A stretch of DNA of 64,000 nucleotides from Tubiluchus corallicola (Eukaryota; Animalia; Priapulida): NCBI GenBank assembly GCA_030141605.1, contig JAQGDQ010000056.1, positions 620,001-684,000 of the forward strand. The letters run 5' to 3'. The position numbers and the translations under genes are program-made. Shown here one piece after another: positions 36,397-62,209 of the stretch. Under the pieces are notes generated by a model, which searched no databases, was not told where the DNA came from, and saw only the letters and a list, made by a program, of their open reading frames with translations. The stretch's first letter is position 1; each line of letters opens with the position of its first letter.

Positions 36397-39300
36397 TTAA
36401 CAAGGGTAGAATAAGTAGTTATTCCCAGCCTCAAGATTGCCTCCAGGAGAACAAAATGCTTGCCTGAAAAGAAAAGAAAAACATCGAAGAGCAAACAAGT
36501 ACTTATCTATTTAGCTAATATGAAAACTTATCGACATGTAGTGAGTACTAGGCGTATGATGAATATATATATTGATGTATAAATTATTATATATAAATAT
36601 ATTATATATATATATATAATTCCGATTTTTCTCACGTTTTAGGCTGGTAACGTGAGGTATCCTGAGGTACTATAGCACAATAATTTTTTGTACTATAGCA
36701 CCCAAAGTGTACTATAGAAAATAGGCCACCAAATTTGTATGCTCGTATAAGGTGCCACAGTTATATGCAAACAGTTCCATACCTTTGAAACAACACTTTG
36801 TTAAGTTGCAATATTGTGTGTTACCCTTATTGTTTTTGTTATTTGCACTGGTTTTGACAACATTGATTATAAAAAAGCAAGAGAGACTTCATTTTTTAAA
36901 ACTACGTCGAATTGCTGTTTTAAGTGTTCTGCGTCTTATTTTCTTGAGGCACTCTGATTGGGTGTATCACAGAGAACCAATTATGTGCAGTATGTGATAT
37001 TGATGATATTGTCAGTGCAGATCTGCAAAATGCCCTTATCATTTGGTTGTTGGCTGGTGTTCTGGTAGTAAACATATGATCCAGTCCAGTTTTTCACATA
37101 CAGGGTAGTTCAATGAAGTGGTGTAAGTTCCTGTTAACTCAACACAGTAAAACCCAAAGGCAAACTTGGCTATATTATGGAAAATGGAAAAGAGAAGTTT
37201 GGGTGAAAAAGCTTTTCCTGACCATGGATTTCAAACAGAGACTTTTGGACTAAAAACCACCGTCAATGGTCATTAGATCATTTAGCCAAAGAATCAAAGT
37301 AGCTCTTATAATCAAAGTTGGCCTTGGGTCAATCTTAACAACTCACTCACCAATTCAATATGCACAGGCGTTAGTTTTCTCACACTTGAGTAGTTATTAA
37401 TTAATTTAAAGTTAAATTTGATTCGGTGGGAATTAATAATATATTTAATAAAATACTTTTGGAAGCGCTATGGCTAAATAAAACCTACGTACCACAAGCA
37501 CTATGAGACTTGCACACCCTCTTCTTATAAGTTTTTAAATTTGTTTTAAAATAAGTGAGTTTTAAATTAAGCTTACTCAATCTGATCTTCTAAGGTAAGG
37601 ACCGAAATCCTGTCAACTTGAATTTTGGGTTTATTAAAGATTGGCCACTCCCAAGGTTTATACCACTCGTAGTCATATTCCCACTTGAACTCTATCCGCA
37701 AAAGAGAACCGAGAGAGTGTTCGGCAGCAGTCATCCGGTTGAATGAATCACCAGGTTTTAGATCGGTGCTAGGAAAATGAAACAGCAATTTATAAGTTTT
37801 TTCGTGGGAATACTATACATTTGTAGAGAACTTGCACTTACGATGATTAGAAAATGGAATGGTTTCCAAAACGGAAGCAGTGATGTTTTCATTGTTGTTA
37901 CTTAAAATAACAAAAATAAAATCTTTTAGGTTAGCAAAAAATAAATAAAAATAAAAATTAGAAACAATAAACAGTTGAAGTGAATAAGATTAAAAATATA
38001 GGTAATAAAGCAGCCGTTTAACGTGGATGCTAAAATTACTCATTATAGTTGCAAAATTTCTTTGTTTCTGCAATATGAATTATGAAAATTTGCAATAAGT
38101 CGGAACGAGCAATTATCTTACGGACAACTCTATCTCATATCTATCGCTCTAACAGTGAGTGCAAACGGTTTAAAGCTTAGACGGAATACCTATAATCGAG
38201 AGCTCTTCAATCACTCTTAGTTAGTCTTACAAAATAACGCTTAAAGTACCCCTACTTTTACATTTAATTAGCATGTTTGAATGCATGAATGAAACAAGTG
38301 CTAAAATGCTTCTTTTAAGGAATAAGAATCAAGAATTATTAATCTTAAGTGTAAGCGTCTAATTTTTGGCAATAACAAGTTTAATTAAGACAAAGTACAT
38401 CAATAAAATCTATGTTGAAAAATCAATGACGAATACATCTAGTATAGAGAAATTAATTAAGCAATAAGCAAGGTATCAACTCCTAAACTAAGTTCCCCTG
38501 AGAACAGATATCAAGTCAGGGTTACGGTAGCTCCCGGCTGTTACAGCAAGAAATTTTGAGGTTTGTATCGACCTGATCTCTCTCAGGTAAGTTCAAGAGC
38601 ACAAGAAGTAGGTAGAAAGTTTACAGGAAAAGTTGCATTTTAGGGCGTATAAATGTCTTTCAGTTGATATAAGCATTCGCAGGAACAAGTTAAAAAGTAT
38701 GATGCCTTGTGGTGTTACTGTACGTAACCTTGACAGTTAAATTGACTAGGAAGGTAGACTTTCCAGGTGTTTGCGCTCAATGTTATAAGAAAAGCTCTTG
38801 GAGTAAGTATAAAATTATAAAGTAGTAATGCGTGGATAGCAAAGTCAAGAAAAATGTTAAATACCTTCCATCAGTAACCTCTAAATAGCCACTCTGGCCA
38901 GATGACCCGATCATATTTGCGTAAAGCTGACCTTTTTCTTTGCTGCTACTGGAATCCATGTGCAGAATGGTGTTGTGGTGATACACTGCAAAAATTATGC
39001 TGATTAATAAACCTGCTTGTCCTATCAAAAATCGCTAGTACAGAAAATAAAATAAAAACCTTACTTCCAAAAGGCGGATTTTCTCGAGTGTGTAACCAGA
39101 ATTTTGCTTCTTCGTGTCGTGATGATCCTAGAGCATAATCACCAGCTTTGAAGCCATAATGGCAACATTGGCCTCCGTCAGCACCACAGTTGGTGCATTG
39201 ACCTGAAATAAGATGAATATACAGACAGATTAGCAGGACAAGCAGAGAAAGAGAGAAAGAGAGAAAGAGAGAGAGAGAAAGAGAGGAGAGAAACACAGAG

Positions 39301-42300
39301 AGAAAGAGACTGCGAGATTGAGAGACATACCAGACACAAAGTCGCTCCAACTTGCGCATTCGTAAGCTACATCAGGACGTACTGAATTTATTGAGTCTCC
39401 AGCCATGTATACAGCGAAATGATGATTACAGGCTACAAATTGTCTTATACCTATTTAAAAATAAATAGCTATATTACCAAGTAATTATTCCTTTATTACC
39501 TAGTATTATTTTAAACATTGAAAAACTAAAGCTGTTCTTGTACATGTTTAATTGTTCCTCTTCATATTTCTATTGTGTACAAACCATCCATTTTCAAGTG
39601 TAAAGCGGCAACCCATATAGCATTAAATTTGAACCGTGATACCTTAAAACTATTGCCATTTGCAATGCAATTTAAATGATTGCTGTCTTTCTGGAAATTT
39701 TCTTACTTACTGTCCCTTAATTGCAGAGCGACCACTTAGCATTATCGTGCCACTTTTCATTTAAATATAGGATTTATATAAATGTTTATTACCTCTGACA
39801 TGGTATGCGGGATTTTAATGTACACGCAATGTACAAAATTTGACGATAGCTTTAATAACCCGTTATAATAGACACGTGTTCCATTTTGAACATATGAAAA
39901 TAAAATATGTTTGAGTAGGAACTGAACTGGATGTAGAATTTGAGCTGGAGTGTCCTACCTTCCACAATACCTTCTACCCAAATTTCTATCACCAGTCCAT
40001 CATCGCATCCGGGCATGTCTCGGCCACCATTGGGGTAGATATCGACATGAGCACAAGGTTCCCACATACCAAGCCCTGAAATGAAATGTAAAAACAGTTC
40101 TTTAATAAAAAATTTAAAACTGAGTCTGCGAGCCTTGTTGAAAACGCATTTATTGCGTAGAGCCCAACCGCTTGAATTAGAAATAGCCGACTTCAGAAAT
40201 GCAGATGTGGCATAATACTGAATTGGGCAATTGCAGCGTCAGATTTGTTGAAAAGTATTATAAGGATTGCTTTTCTTAACGTATAACGTATAGTTATTGT
40301 TGTTGCTGTTGCTACTACTTCTGCTGCTGCTGCTGTTGTTGTTGTTGTTGTTCTGTGTTATCATTGCTAACGTTATTATTATTTACGATCGTCGTCGTCG
40401 TCATCATCAGTATTGTCATCGTCACCGGCGCAGTAACTGCCGAATTCAGTATTATATCGCATCTGTGTAGAGAATTGTTAATCTTTTGGCTGCTCTAGCT
40501 ACCATTTTCTTGTAATAGCCGTTTATTTCTCTGTTACTCATCTGTTTCAGTAACAATAATGTTTATTACTTAAGTTTTTAGTGAATGCACCACTTGGCAA
40601 ATTGCTTTTCAAAAAGAGATTTTAGATAATTACCTAAGAGGAATATGGACTTTCCATCAGTGTGTATTGCGTCAACGAACTCAGCGTCAGTAGGATCAAG
40701 ACGAATATCTGGACTGCAATGTTCAAAATAAGGCTCAGCCGGATCCATACCTACGATGAATAATATCATTATTGTTGTCACGTCATTGCTGACGTTGGCA
40801 TTTTCATCATCATTGTTACTGAAATTCATTATCATTATTATCATCCTTGTTAACAACAACATCTAGACCATTGGTAATGCTGTGGAAGTAATAATAATGG
40901 CATCAAAAGTAGTATCAATGATGACAATGAATAGAGCAGTGACAGAAATGAGAAAAACAATAGCAGGCCAGCAGTTGCAGCAATAACCACAAGAATTGGG
41001 CAGCTGAATTGCTCAATTATAGGATATTTGAAAAGACTTATATACTGTCATACACTCGCATTGAAAATTAAACAGAATAAGGGGAACGGGCACATTGTCA
41101 CGGCATGTGTTTTGTGATAAATTTAAGCAATGTCAAAGCTGGTAAGTGAATAATCTTGGATCCAAGACTCACTTTGGAAGTTGCATTCGCAATACATATT
41201 TTTGGCTGTTTACCTCATGGAGGGAGAACCTATTTTATAACGTGCAGTGACTAAATTTTGCCAAAATATTGCTCATCCCTGTTTATGCAAAACGGTGAAT
41301 AGTGAAAATCATCGTTAAAAACACCTAATAAGTCTAAAGATGGTTTATTTGTCTTTTTGTTGTAGGCAATCACATAAATTGGAAAAACATTAAATGCAGG
41401 TTAAAGTGAAATATCAACGAAATGTGTTTTTATTATAGCATTCTCGTGGACATTTTCAGTCAACAGATGTCGTCGCGTTCTTGCAAAAATTAAGCCGAGG
41501 CCTTAGGTCGCCAAATTTCAAAGCTCAAGCTAAGAAGTTTAAATCTTACTATTCCAGTGCGTACTGACGTCATCGGGTTTTAAACCTGATATTTGATGTA
41601 GCTGAAGTGGCCCGTTACTACACGAACACGTACTTGTATGAATTAATTACAGTAGACCAAGAAGTACGCTACCTGTAATACGACCCAGTCCAGGTATAAG
41701 ACTTCCAGCATAACCTGCAGTATGCGATCCGAGACTGTGCCCAAATACGTGGACCTGACTGGCATGTGCACCAAAATCACTCTGCAAGGTTTGGGAAAAA
41801 TTAATAACAAGATGATTTCTTATTGCCTCACGCCATTTTTGAGTTGATAAATTTCATTCATCCAAGCATACCTAATATAGTTCTGCCACTGCAGGATTTC
41901 ATCTTAAAGGATTATTCTTAATAGTTGATTAAATTCTGGTCGTGTCACAACTAGCAATACAACAAGTTGGTCCTACAACAAAGCTGTTGAGCGCCGAGTA
42001 CTGTCTTCAGATACATAACGGAAGTGAAAAATCAAAGGTAGATTAACTTTTCTGGATTAGCATCAAAATTTTTAGTTGTTATTGACAGATGGCGCTATTG
42101 ACCTGCACTCTACATTATTAAGTGTAACGCGTCTATTGAATACTAAGATATTTAACAGTGCAATTTGAAGAACTTAGTTAATCAGACAATGTAGACACAT
42201 AATTTAGAAGGAGTTGCTGAAGTGATGATAACTCAAATAGTAAATCCTTGACAAAATAGAGGACACTGAATTGTTTACCTCCACGAAGAAGTAAAGAGTG

Positions 42301-44153
42301 TGAGTTATATGAGTTTGACTGTCTTAGTATAATGATTATTTTTCTTCAGAACTAAACAAGGGGTTAAGTTGTACGAGATAGTGAAAATAATTTTTTGTCG
42401 GTAAAAAAACACGTAGTTTGAATTTAGATCTGGCTTTTGGTTTTTAATAAGAATGTTTTTTAATTTCTTGTTTGTACCATCCACAAGCTTTCAAATGTAC
42501 ACTGTGTGCTGTTACGATAATCAAACCCTGCTTATGCTATTATAGAAAAAATATAAAGCAGGCTTCCAATATCTGTAATACTAATATACTATAATCAAAA
42601 CTGTCCAATTATTATTACAGTAGCGCAGGCTAATATTTATAAAACTTAATACCCAATACTTACTATAAGATAGTTTACAAGTTTAGCTATTTCAGCTCCA
42701 ACTACTCGTGTATTGGCTGTAGCTTGTGCGTATAAAGCAATGGAACCAGCTCCCCAATTAACACCGATTACGTTACAGTCTTCGTTTTTCAAAAACTCGT
42801 CTTTCATCTCCTGTTATAATTCATTAATATATTTTTTGCACGTGCCAAGTAAAAAATGTAGAGTAAAAAATGAAAGGGATACAACGTTTCAGCACGCAAA
42901 AACTATCATAAGGTGGCTTATAATCATAATCTCTTGGTATTGATATTATTAGCCGAATCGAGAAAAATTATTAAGGAAAAACTAAAATCGAATCGAGAAA
43001 GTTCCACTAAGACAAGTTTTACAACAGCATTTAAAAAGCCTAAAAAATGTTAATCGTGTTATTTATGCCAAATTTTGATTTTTTCCCCACATCTATTTTA
43101 AAAATATAATGAGGTAATTATAATTATTCTATTGTTTTCCCTTGTGCAGGCAGGTTCAGTTATCGTGAACGTAACTTTCCCTTTTTATCAAATGCCTCAT
43201 CTTTTCAGATATTGCCAGACAGAAGAATCTCCAAGAAATAAAAAGCAGTATTTTAGCAAAAAAAGCTGAACTTCCTATATACAATTTTTATTATAAAAAT
43301 GTTTTTATCTCCTCTTGGAAACTTACTTCAATCCAGCTGACCCAACCTTGGTCCAAGTATCCATGTACTATAAGATAAGTTTTCTTGGTCCCATCAAAGT
43401 TAGAGTTTGCAACATTATCTCTGTCGCCTGCCACTAGGAGATATGGTTCTTCCGAGTTCCTTAGAGTGAATAGACGAAATCTCGTGTTGATTTTGTCTGG
43501 AGACTGGGGTAGATAGCTAACCGGGCGATAGGGAGGATCGTAAAACGGGTATCCGCTACAAAACTCTCCCAGATCCCCATAGGTTACACAACTATTAACG
43601 AAGTCAGGTTTTCTAACTTCGGCATCAGTTCCTAAAATAATTAACAGGTACAGGTATTAACATCTATAAAAACACGACTGTTTGCTTCCATGTTTGACTG
43701 TTTAATGGTCAGTTGATTAGTCAGTCTGACTGTTTTAAGGCGAGTTTTTTTAACTTTTATAAACTTTCACTTATCTATAAACTATGACTTATATGGCTCC
43801 CAGGCTTATAAGTTATAAGAGGATTAAGTTGATAAATTTTTAAAATAACGAAAAGACACTTGACGTGTTACAACAGATTTCAAGAAGTAATCACAATGCA
43901 AATCAGAAAAATGAGGAATTTAGCTGATGCGACAATAGCTTAGAATATGATATAACTTCAGCGACTCATTCATTTTACTCAAAAAAAATAATTTGTTTCG
44001 TTGTCTACAGTTATCAGCTAAATTGGACGCAAACATATTGACAATAAAATAAATAAAAAGCCAGATTATTTTACGTTACAAAAATAATCAGACTTACATA
44101 CCCAATACAGCCCCAGCGAGGCTGGCCAAAAGAAGTAAGACCTTTCCGCACAT
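36397..44153 (-). CDS. Pancreatic lipase-family protein (lipase + PLAT domain), copy A, ~494 aa, 11 exons
   Basis: Exons (5' to 3') 44153-44102, 43631-43327, 42810-42664, 41781-41673, 40750-40634, 40075-39959, 39450-39331, 39202-39065, 38985-38865, 37768-37577, 36463-36397; 1485 nt, phase-consistent. Signal peptide [18 protein letters not shown]. Motifs [45 protein letters not shown]; C-terminal PLAT domain ending FYPC*. Confidence 0.93.
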
Positions 44154-45199
44154 GACTTAGGTAGAAAGTGAAGCGTTTTAGTATTTGTCAAATAAATTTG
44201 AGGATTGTGTTGGCACGAACTTCGTAGAGCATGCGAAAGTGCACACCTGTGTTTTTTGTGTCATACAACAAATTGGTGACTCCTAGACTGTTGCAGTAAG
44301 CCTAAGTCTGGAATGTGATTATAAGGACAAAGCTCCAACTTTGCAACTTACTACCATTCCACTTTATTTTATAAAACAAAAAAGCAAAGCAAAGAAAAGA
44401 AGAAAAAACAACAAAAGACTTGCAATGAATTAAAGTGGAAAATGATACTATAAGTAAAAGGCAGATGAGTAGATGAGAAAGGTCGTTCATTTCCTCTCAC
44501 TATTTTTGTCTGTTTCGCTCTTACACCTTCCTTATTTCGTTCATTTCTCTGTCTCTCTCTCTCTTTCTCTGTCTCCCCTTGTGCACGTGCATGTTCGTGT
44601 GTGCGTGCATGTTTGATTATTTAAAAATTGGGTGATTGACTATTTGCGTGCATATTTTATTATTAAATACAGTTTAATTACTAAAAAGACCTGTTACATC
44701 ACAACTATTTACTATTCCTTAGTCTGTCCGTATTTAAATTACGTTAGGGAGCTACGTACATGACAAACCCTAAACCTTTATGTAGTCTTCCGTTCTTAAA
44801 TTCCTTCGTTTATATATTTTTTGGACCAAATAAATTCTTTCCGGCAATTGTCTAATTTTGCATAGATTGTACCCAAGGACGTACAACAAAGCTGAACAGA
44901 AGAGTCACCAGCTTATAGTGATTCTTCTTTATCATCAATAGCTTTTTGCGCAACCTTAGGAACATGTAGATGGGACATATATATCCAAGACAAAAAGCCT
45001 ATTTTAAGGGCAAATAGCAATTCTTGTATTCCTAAACATTGCTGAGAAAAGCAGTATAAAGGATGTATAAAAGCAAGGATATCGTAATATTAATGTAATA
45101 GGTCTTGGACTACGTTTTCATCGGTCTTTTTGTATGATGGTCTATAACCTTCTATGGCATGAATGATCAATGCTTTAGTTACCCTAGTACAGACTCAAA

Positions 45200-45900
45200 T
45201 TCCCAGGACCATCACAAATTACCAAAGGTAGCAGTGTTTCCCTGGAAAACAAATGTCACAAGGAACTTTAGTGCGGAAATATCCCGCCTACACTATAGCA
45301 TGCAGATCTATAGTTCAAGCCAGGATTAGCCCATTTGCGACAATATAGTGCTAGTTTTCGCAGCTGCTGTGAGCAGTGTCTCAGTCGCTGTTCTATCTGT
45401 CAGAATGTAAATCGCATCAAACCCAAACAATCCAATGGAAGACAAAAATGTGGATTTTAAGTTTTAGTAAAACTCTTTTAAGAAAAATTGTTTTGTAGCT
45501 ACATTGTAGGTCTGACTTACGTAGAAGAAAAAGTAGTCGATGCGAGTGATCAGAAAATGTTGATTCCCTTTCATCCACATGTTCAGCCAAACTGTAAGCT
45601 ATTAGGAGTAACAGTAGATCCAGCTCTACTTTAAGCAGGTAATGCAAAACCTACAATTGCAGGAGCTTTAAATCTGACAGAGAATGCATGCCTAATTAGA
45701 TGATTTCAACCTGGCCATTGCGTCCTTCTTTTTGAGATATTAGTTATGTATAAAAGCGCATTCTAGATCTTTTAGCTTTTCTTGTCTGCTGTGATGTTTC
45801 ATCACTTATATGCCGCTCTATACATCCCGAAACGGGTCCGCGCTTGTCCCCGGATTCGTTACAATATATTCGTGTGGCATGTATTCGCGCGTGTTACATA
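45200..45900 (+). mobile_element. Highly decayed LINE reverse transcriptase relic
   Basis: Frameshifted fragments resembling FADD-IVL (~45334), KTK-M-F (~45440) and KLLGVTVDP (~45596), in the expected order. Confidence 0.4.
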
Positions 45901-46517
45901 TGTACTGTTTGTCTAGGTTACGCGAGTCAAACAGGAAAGTCACCGATTGTTAACGTTTTTGCAATCTGATAGCAAGAACTTCCAACGACTTTTCTTAACC
46001 ATGCCTACAGACGTGTAGAAGTGTATTAGTTATGCACTTTTTTCAAATTTGCATAAAATTTGTCTAAAAAGAATTTTCAAAAGTTTTAGTTTATCTATGC
46101 ATGTTTTCAGGTTTGTTTAAAAATAAAAAATGTAGTGTGTAGAGATTTTCGAGACACTATTGCCAATATGGATATTTTTGCGGGTAGGTGTTGGTTTGGT
46201 TCTTGACAGTGTACTTATCACGAACTCCATGAAGAGCATTATTAGTAGCCAGGTCAGGGTAAATGTCTTTCTGTTTTCATTATGTTGATAATCATTGTAT
46301 AGTTGAAACAATTTTCTTGCTATTATTTTCAATATATAAATGTTTTTTTTACTGGTACAAGCTTAATATACATTTGCTAGAATTATTTATTCGAATCATT
46401 AAAGGTGTTACACATTTGCAAATGATGTAAATATCGTGACCATAATTTTGGCAGTTAACAGATTTACAATTTAACACTTTCAGTCACGTTGGTTCGTGTT
46501 GAGATGTTGAGACGTCT

Positions 46518-57674
<11,157 letters not shown>

Positions 57675-59658
57675 GATTTCCGTAGAAAGTGAAACACCCT
57701 GAGTGTCTTTGTTAGCAAAATTTGTGGATTGTGTTGGCACAAATGTCGTAGTGCGTGTGAAAGTGTACACCTGTATTTCTGTGCTGCACAACAACTAAGT
57801 GATTCCCAGATTACTGTAGTAAGCCTAAGTCTGGAATGTGATTATTAGGACAAGGCAAATAAAACTCTCCAAATCCATCACTTATGATCCTGGAACCTTA
57901 TTTTAAAAGAGCAAGAAAAGCAAAATAAAGAAATAAAGATGCGAAAAGAAATGTAAATTGAGGTAATTAAAAACGAAAAACGCTGAAATAAGAAAAAGGG
58001 AGCGGAATAAGTAAACAGACTTTTCTCTTACTTGTCTTTGTCTGTTTTTCTCTAAAACACACTCTTTATCAGTGTCTGCCTGTCTCTATCACTCTTTTCT
58101 GCAACTTTAATTTCAAGTCTTCCTGCATAGATCAGGGAACACAAAGAGTTGTAACGATGAGAAGAAAACACGCTTAGCAGTGTCGTGGCTACGCAAGCTT
58201 ATTGTAGGAAGTTGTAGAAAGTAGAAATACTTATAGATCAGTGCGTTACACATCGATTTCTAGTACTGCATAGATTGTAGCTAACATTAAAGCTAAACAA
58301 GGGAAGTACCAGCTTATAATGCTTCTTCTTTCTTGGCATTAGTTTTTATATAATATATTTTGTACAATGCATAATATTTAATATATTTATGTAACAACGT
58401 AGTATTGCTAGCACTGGTGTCGCCACCTACCAAAGTTAGCTTATTATTGATCTAAGTTACCTAATTGAAGTTATTATAGCTTACACTTAATTCTTGATCA
58501 CCCACAGAATTGATTTGGTGGTATGGAATTTTAAACGAAGGCATTTTCGTAATATTTCATGTTTTCTCGCCGTTTATGTGAAACAGCGAACTGCCGTTTT
58601 TTCTTTATTAACTGATTTGTGTTTTTTCTGTTTTGAAGTGACATTTGCTCGTAATTTTATTGGAGTGCTTATATAACAGTGTTGCTGTCGCAATTGTGTG
58701 TAAATTATGATCTACATTTTAGTTTGTCGGCATTTCCCTGTCAGTAATTAGTAAAACTAATTCCAATGTTTTATAATTACAATGAAGTGCGATTTTCTGC
58801 TTATTGTCAGTAGCTACTTATTGTCAAGCATGGGTAAACAAACCTTTGCAAATGTTAATAGCAAGCCACGGGAGCGTAAATATCTCACCGTGATGCATTC
58901 TGTGATTAAACAATGCAACGCAGAGTGCACTTTGCTTGAAAGTTTGTATACAGTGTCGATACGTTCTTTTTGATTTTTAATTGACAAATAGCTTTGTATT
59001 TCTCTTTTCGCAGTTAAATAGAAATTGTAATTGATATATTGATATTTATACATCAGTAATTACTAGTACTTGTGTTTCCGCCTACTTGTTAAACTAAATT
59101 TGCCGTGACGCATTTCTCTAAGTTTATTCATCGCATTTTCTGGGTCGCTACCTTATTGTGCGTTGTCACCCTTGAGGTCTCAAATACTCAGCCAACCGGC
59201 TGACCTACGTTGCTGACCCAGCAAATGTAGTAAAATAATATAGAAATGGTAATTAGTGTGTAAGAAAGATGGACAAAACTCCCAAAAATTGATGGACAAA
59301 CGAACTCTGATGCAATTTTATTCAATATTAAATTATTCTGATAGGCTGAGACCTGAGACTCCTCAACGAATGGAAAGAAGTTATGGCAGAGTCAATGTGA
59401 ATAGACAGTTACACTGAGTCAGAGCGGAAAAACCTGTGTAAAATTTTGAAACTGCGTATTTTGCTAATTTTATATTTTAACGAAACAATTTTCATGCTGC
59501 CGACCAAACTATGTGCTTGCTGGCGCACAGACAGACGTACACTCCGATAGGGCGGCGAGTCCCGACAGGATATAACTATTGCAAAAATTGTGGTCATAAG
59601 TAAACTTGGAGGAGAACGATTTGAAAGCAGAGTCCTACCCAGTGTGAGGTCAACGATC

Positions 59659-60071
59659 GCAACGTCAGCACCCGTAACCGTATTCGTAATCTGAACACCT
59701 ACCTGCAATCTCAGCACCCGCCATCCCAGCATTTGCACCTCAGTACCCGCAACTTTAGTACCATAACCTGACTGAGCTCCCTTAACCTCTGCATTCGCAG
59801 CTTTAGCACCCACATACTAGTGGTGGGCGATACCGCCGATTTCAAGTAATCGCGATTACCGATTACATTTTGGTAGTAATCGATTACTAAGATCGCTTGT
59901 CCGGCATCTGGACCTGACAGGGGTGTTAGTATGTCTATATATGCAAATCTGTGCACCCAACATCCAGAAATGCAATGAACTAATGCTGTAACAACACTAG
60001 TTGCAGTAGGGCTACTTCGATTCTAACTTGTGTTATTAATTATATTATGTAATTTTAAAGCAAAATGTACT

Positions 60072-60133
<62 letters not shown>

Positions 60134-60872
60134 CGTGCGTGCGTGTGTGTATAGACCTGAAAGCACTCCTTTAACTGACTAACTGATATCAAATTTGGGA
60201 ACATTAGGCTTTTTTTGCAAAAGTTTCTCAAATTTTGTTGTCGCAAAGTTCCGAAGTTATCTACATTTAAAAGCTTAATAATGTACATGAAAGAGAATTT
60301 TTCTCTATTAGAAAAAAAGTTATTTAACTAAAACTATAGAGTCACACTTACATAAAACCTTTTTTTGTGGTATAGAAAGCAGGCTTAATTAGCAAGCAGT
60401 ATTATTTTTATATTGCATTGTAATTATTTGTTTAGGTCAGTCTGGTCAGACGTCAAGCCACACACAGACAGGACAATACGTCGTTTTGTCGCAGCCCAGC
60501 AGCAGGTCGCGTACTGCCACAATATACACGCTATAAGTCACTGTCTGAAGATAGAGTCAGGAGCTTTCCGAGCTTTGCGTTTAAGAGCGTTTATTGTTTA
60601 CATCCGCAATTTTTCAGTGTTAAATCTCATTTGAAACGCATTTCATTTTTTGTGTTTCAAATCATTATAAATTCATAGGCATAAAATTAATCGTTTAGTA
60701 TTCGATTACTTAGCAAAGTAATCGATACTAGAGGCTTGCGGGCAAGTAATTGAATTAATCGATTACTTATGATCGATTACGCCCACTACTACCACATACA
60801 ACTTCAATATTTGCAACCTTAATACCGCAACCCTAGCACCTGCAAGGTCAGCACCCGCAACTCAGCACGTGC
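59659..60872 (+). repeat. Degenerate ~15-bp minisatellite (GCAACCTCAGCACCC-like) split by a hAT MITE
   Basis: Repeated GCAAC.TCAGCACCC-type units at 59659-59811 and 60812-60872. Confidence 0.7.
59818..60791. mobile_element. hAT-type MITE (974 bp) with perfect 8-bp target-site duplication
   Basis: CCACATAC|TAGTGGTGGGCG ... CGCCCACTACTA|CCACATAC (TSD at 59810-59817 and 60792-60799). Multiple subterminal GTAATCG/CGATTAC motifs and an internal TA/TG microsatellite. Confidence 0.92.
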
Positions 60873-62209
60873 ATAGAGGAACATCAGAAGTGCAAATTCG
60901 TCCACTTGGTGCTATGTTAGTATAAGTGAAAGAAAAAAATTGATATAGCGCATCTCCTTTTTGCAAGTTGCAAAGTTGCAAGCAAGGAATTGGCACCGTT
61001 TTACTTGCTGGGACTCTACAAGTTAATACATCTTGAATCCTGATGTGTAAAACCGGTATTGACAGATATAGAAGAAATCATTGGTATGAAAAAATTAGAG
61101 TAGCAGAACTATAAAACAAAATGCAAACGAAATAACTGATTGTTTTCCATTTTGAATCTCAACAAAAAGGTTTTTAATGACATCAAATGACGTCAATGTT
61201 TTAAGGACATTGTTTTTAATGACATCAAATTTAACTGCAATTTCTATGTACACATCAAAAGCCTTGGTCCAAAGCAAGCAGGTAAGTTTAAATTCCCATG
61301 GTTTATAAAGAAATTCTGGTGCGGCGCCGTAAATATACATAATTTTCAGATGAAAACAAGCTCTATGGTCAGAAATTTCGACGTTTACTGTTTTCTGAAA
61401 CAATTTTTTTACCTGTAAAATCTGAGAGTAATACTCATCAGCGTATGTAAGGAAGCACGCTGAAACGTCCTATGGTTTAAATGTAAGAAAAATAGTTGCT
61501 CCTTTAATTAACTTCAGAATTGCTCGCAGCCGTTTGTTTTCAAAATCTTTTATAAGTTCCGCATTTATGACCGGTGACAATTGTTTTTTACCTACCCACC
61601 TCACCGCCTTCTTCAAACACGTGCGTGTGTGTGTGTCACATTCGGGTGAACATCAAAGATTGCTTGTATTTAGTTCAGTGGAAGAAAATAGCGGTATCAC
61701 TCGAGCAGTAGTGGCAAACACTCCAAGCTAGAGTGTCATTGTCCTGAATACAAGAACGGGAAGCGTGCGAGTGTCTCAATTACCTAGTACGTTTAAATTA
61801 CACAATCTTTACATGCCGGGATTTTCTCACGCGATGGTGCTTGTTTAAAAAAATGTGGAGAATCGATTTATAACGTGTTAATATCATTTGGTAATAAATT
61901 CGCTTGAATTAGTGCGATGTGATTTTTACACGTATCATCGGTTGCGAAATATGGAAAAAATAAGCAATCATAATCAAGTTTTAATATTCAAGGATAAAAA
62001 AGGTTTAACATTTCAATGAGACTTACCTTACAAAGAAACTGATTGTCATTCGCTCAGTAGCAGACGGACAGGAAGCAATACAGGAGCCATTAAGTGCTAA
62101 ATCTCAAAAATCACCAAATTAAGCGCGAAATGATATAAACGGAAAGAGCAACTAGGCGAATTAGAGTTTCATCTTCACATGTTCACTGTTTACAAAATGA
62201 ATGACCACC

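Noticed and set aside
35820-37300. tRNA-like/SINE-head fragments (~35840-35950 and ~37210-37290; similar at ~32470 and ~51190)
   Set aside because: Only partial B-box-like matches and no cloverleaf. Not supportable as tRNA genes.
59409-59813. 134-aa GAEVA-like repeat ORF
   Set aside because: Translation of the minisatellite, cut by the MITE, with frame-shifting unit lengths.
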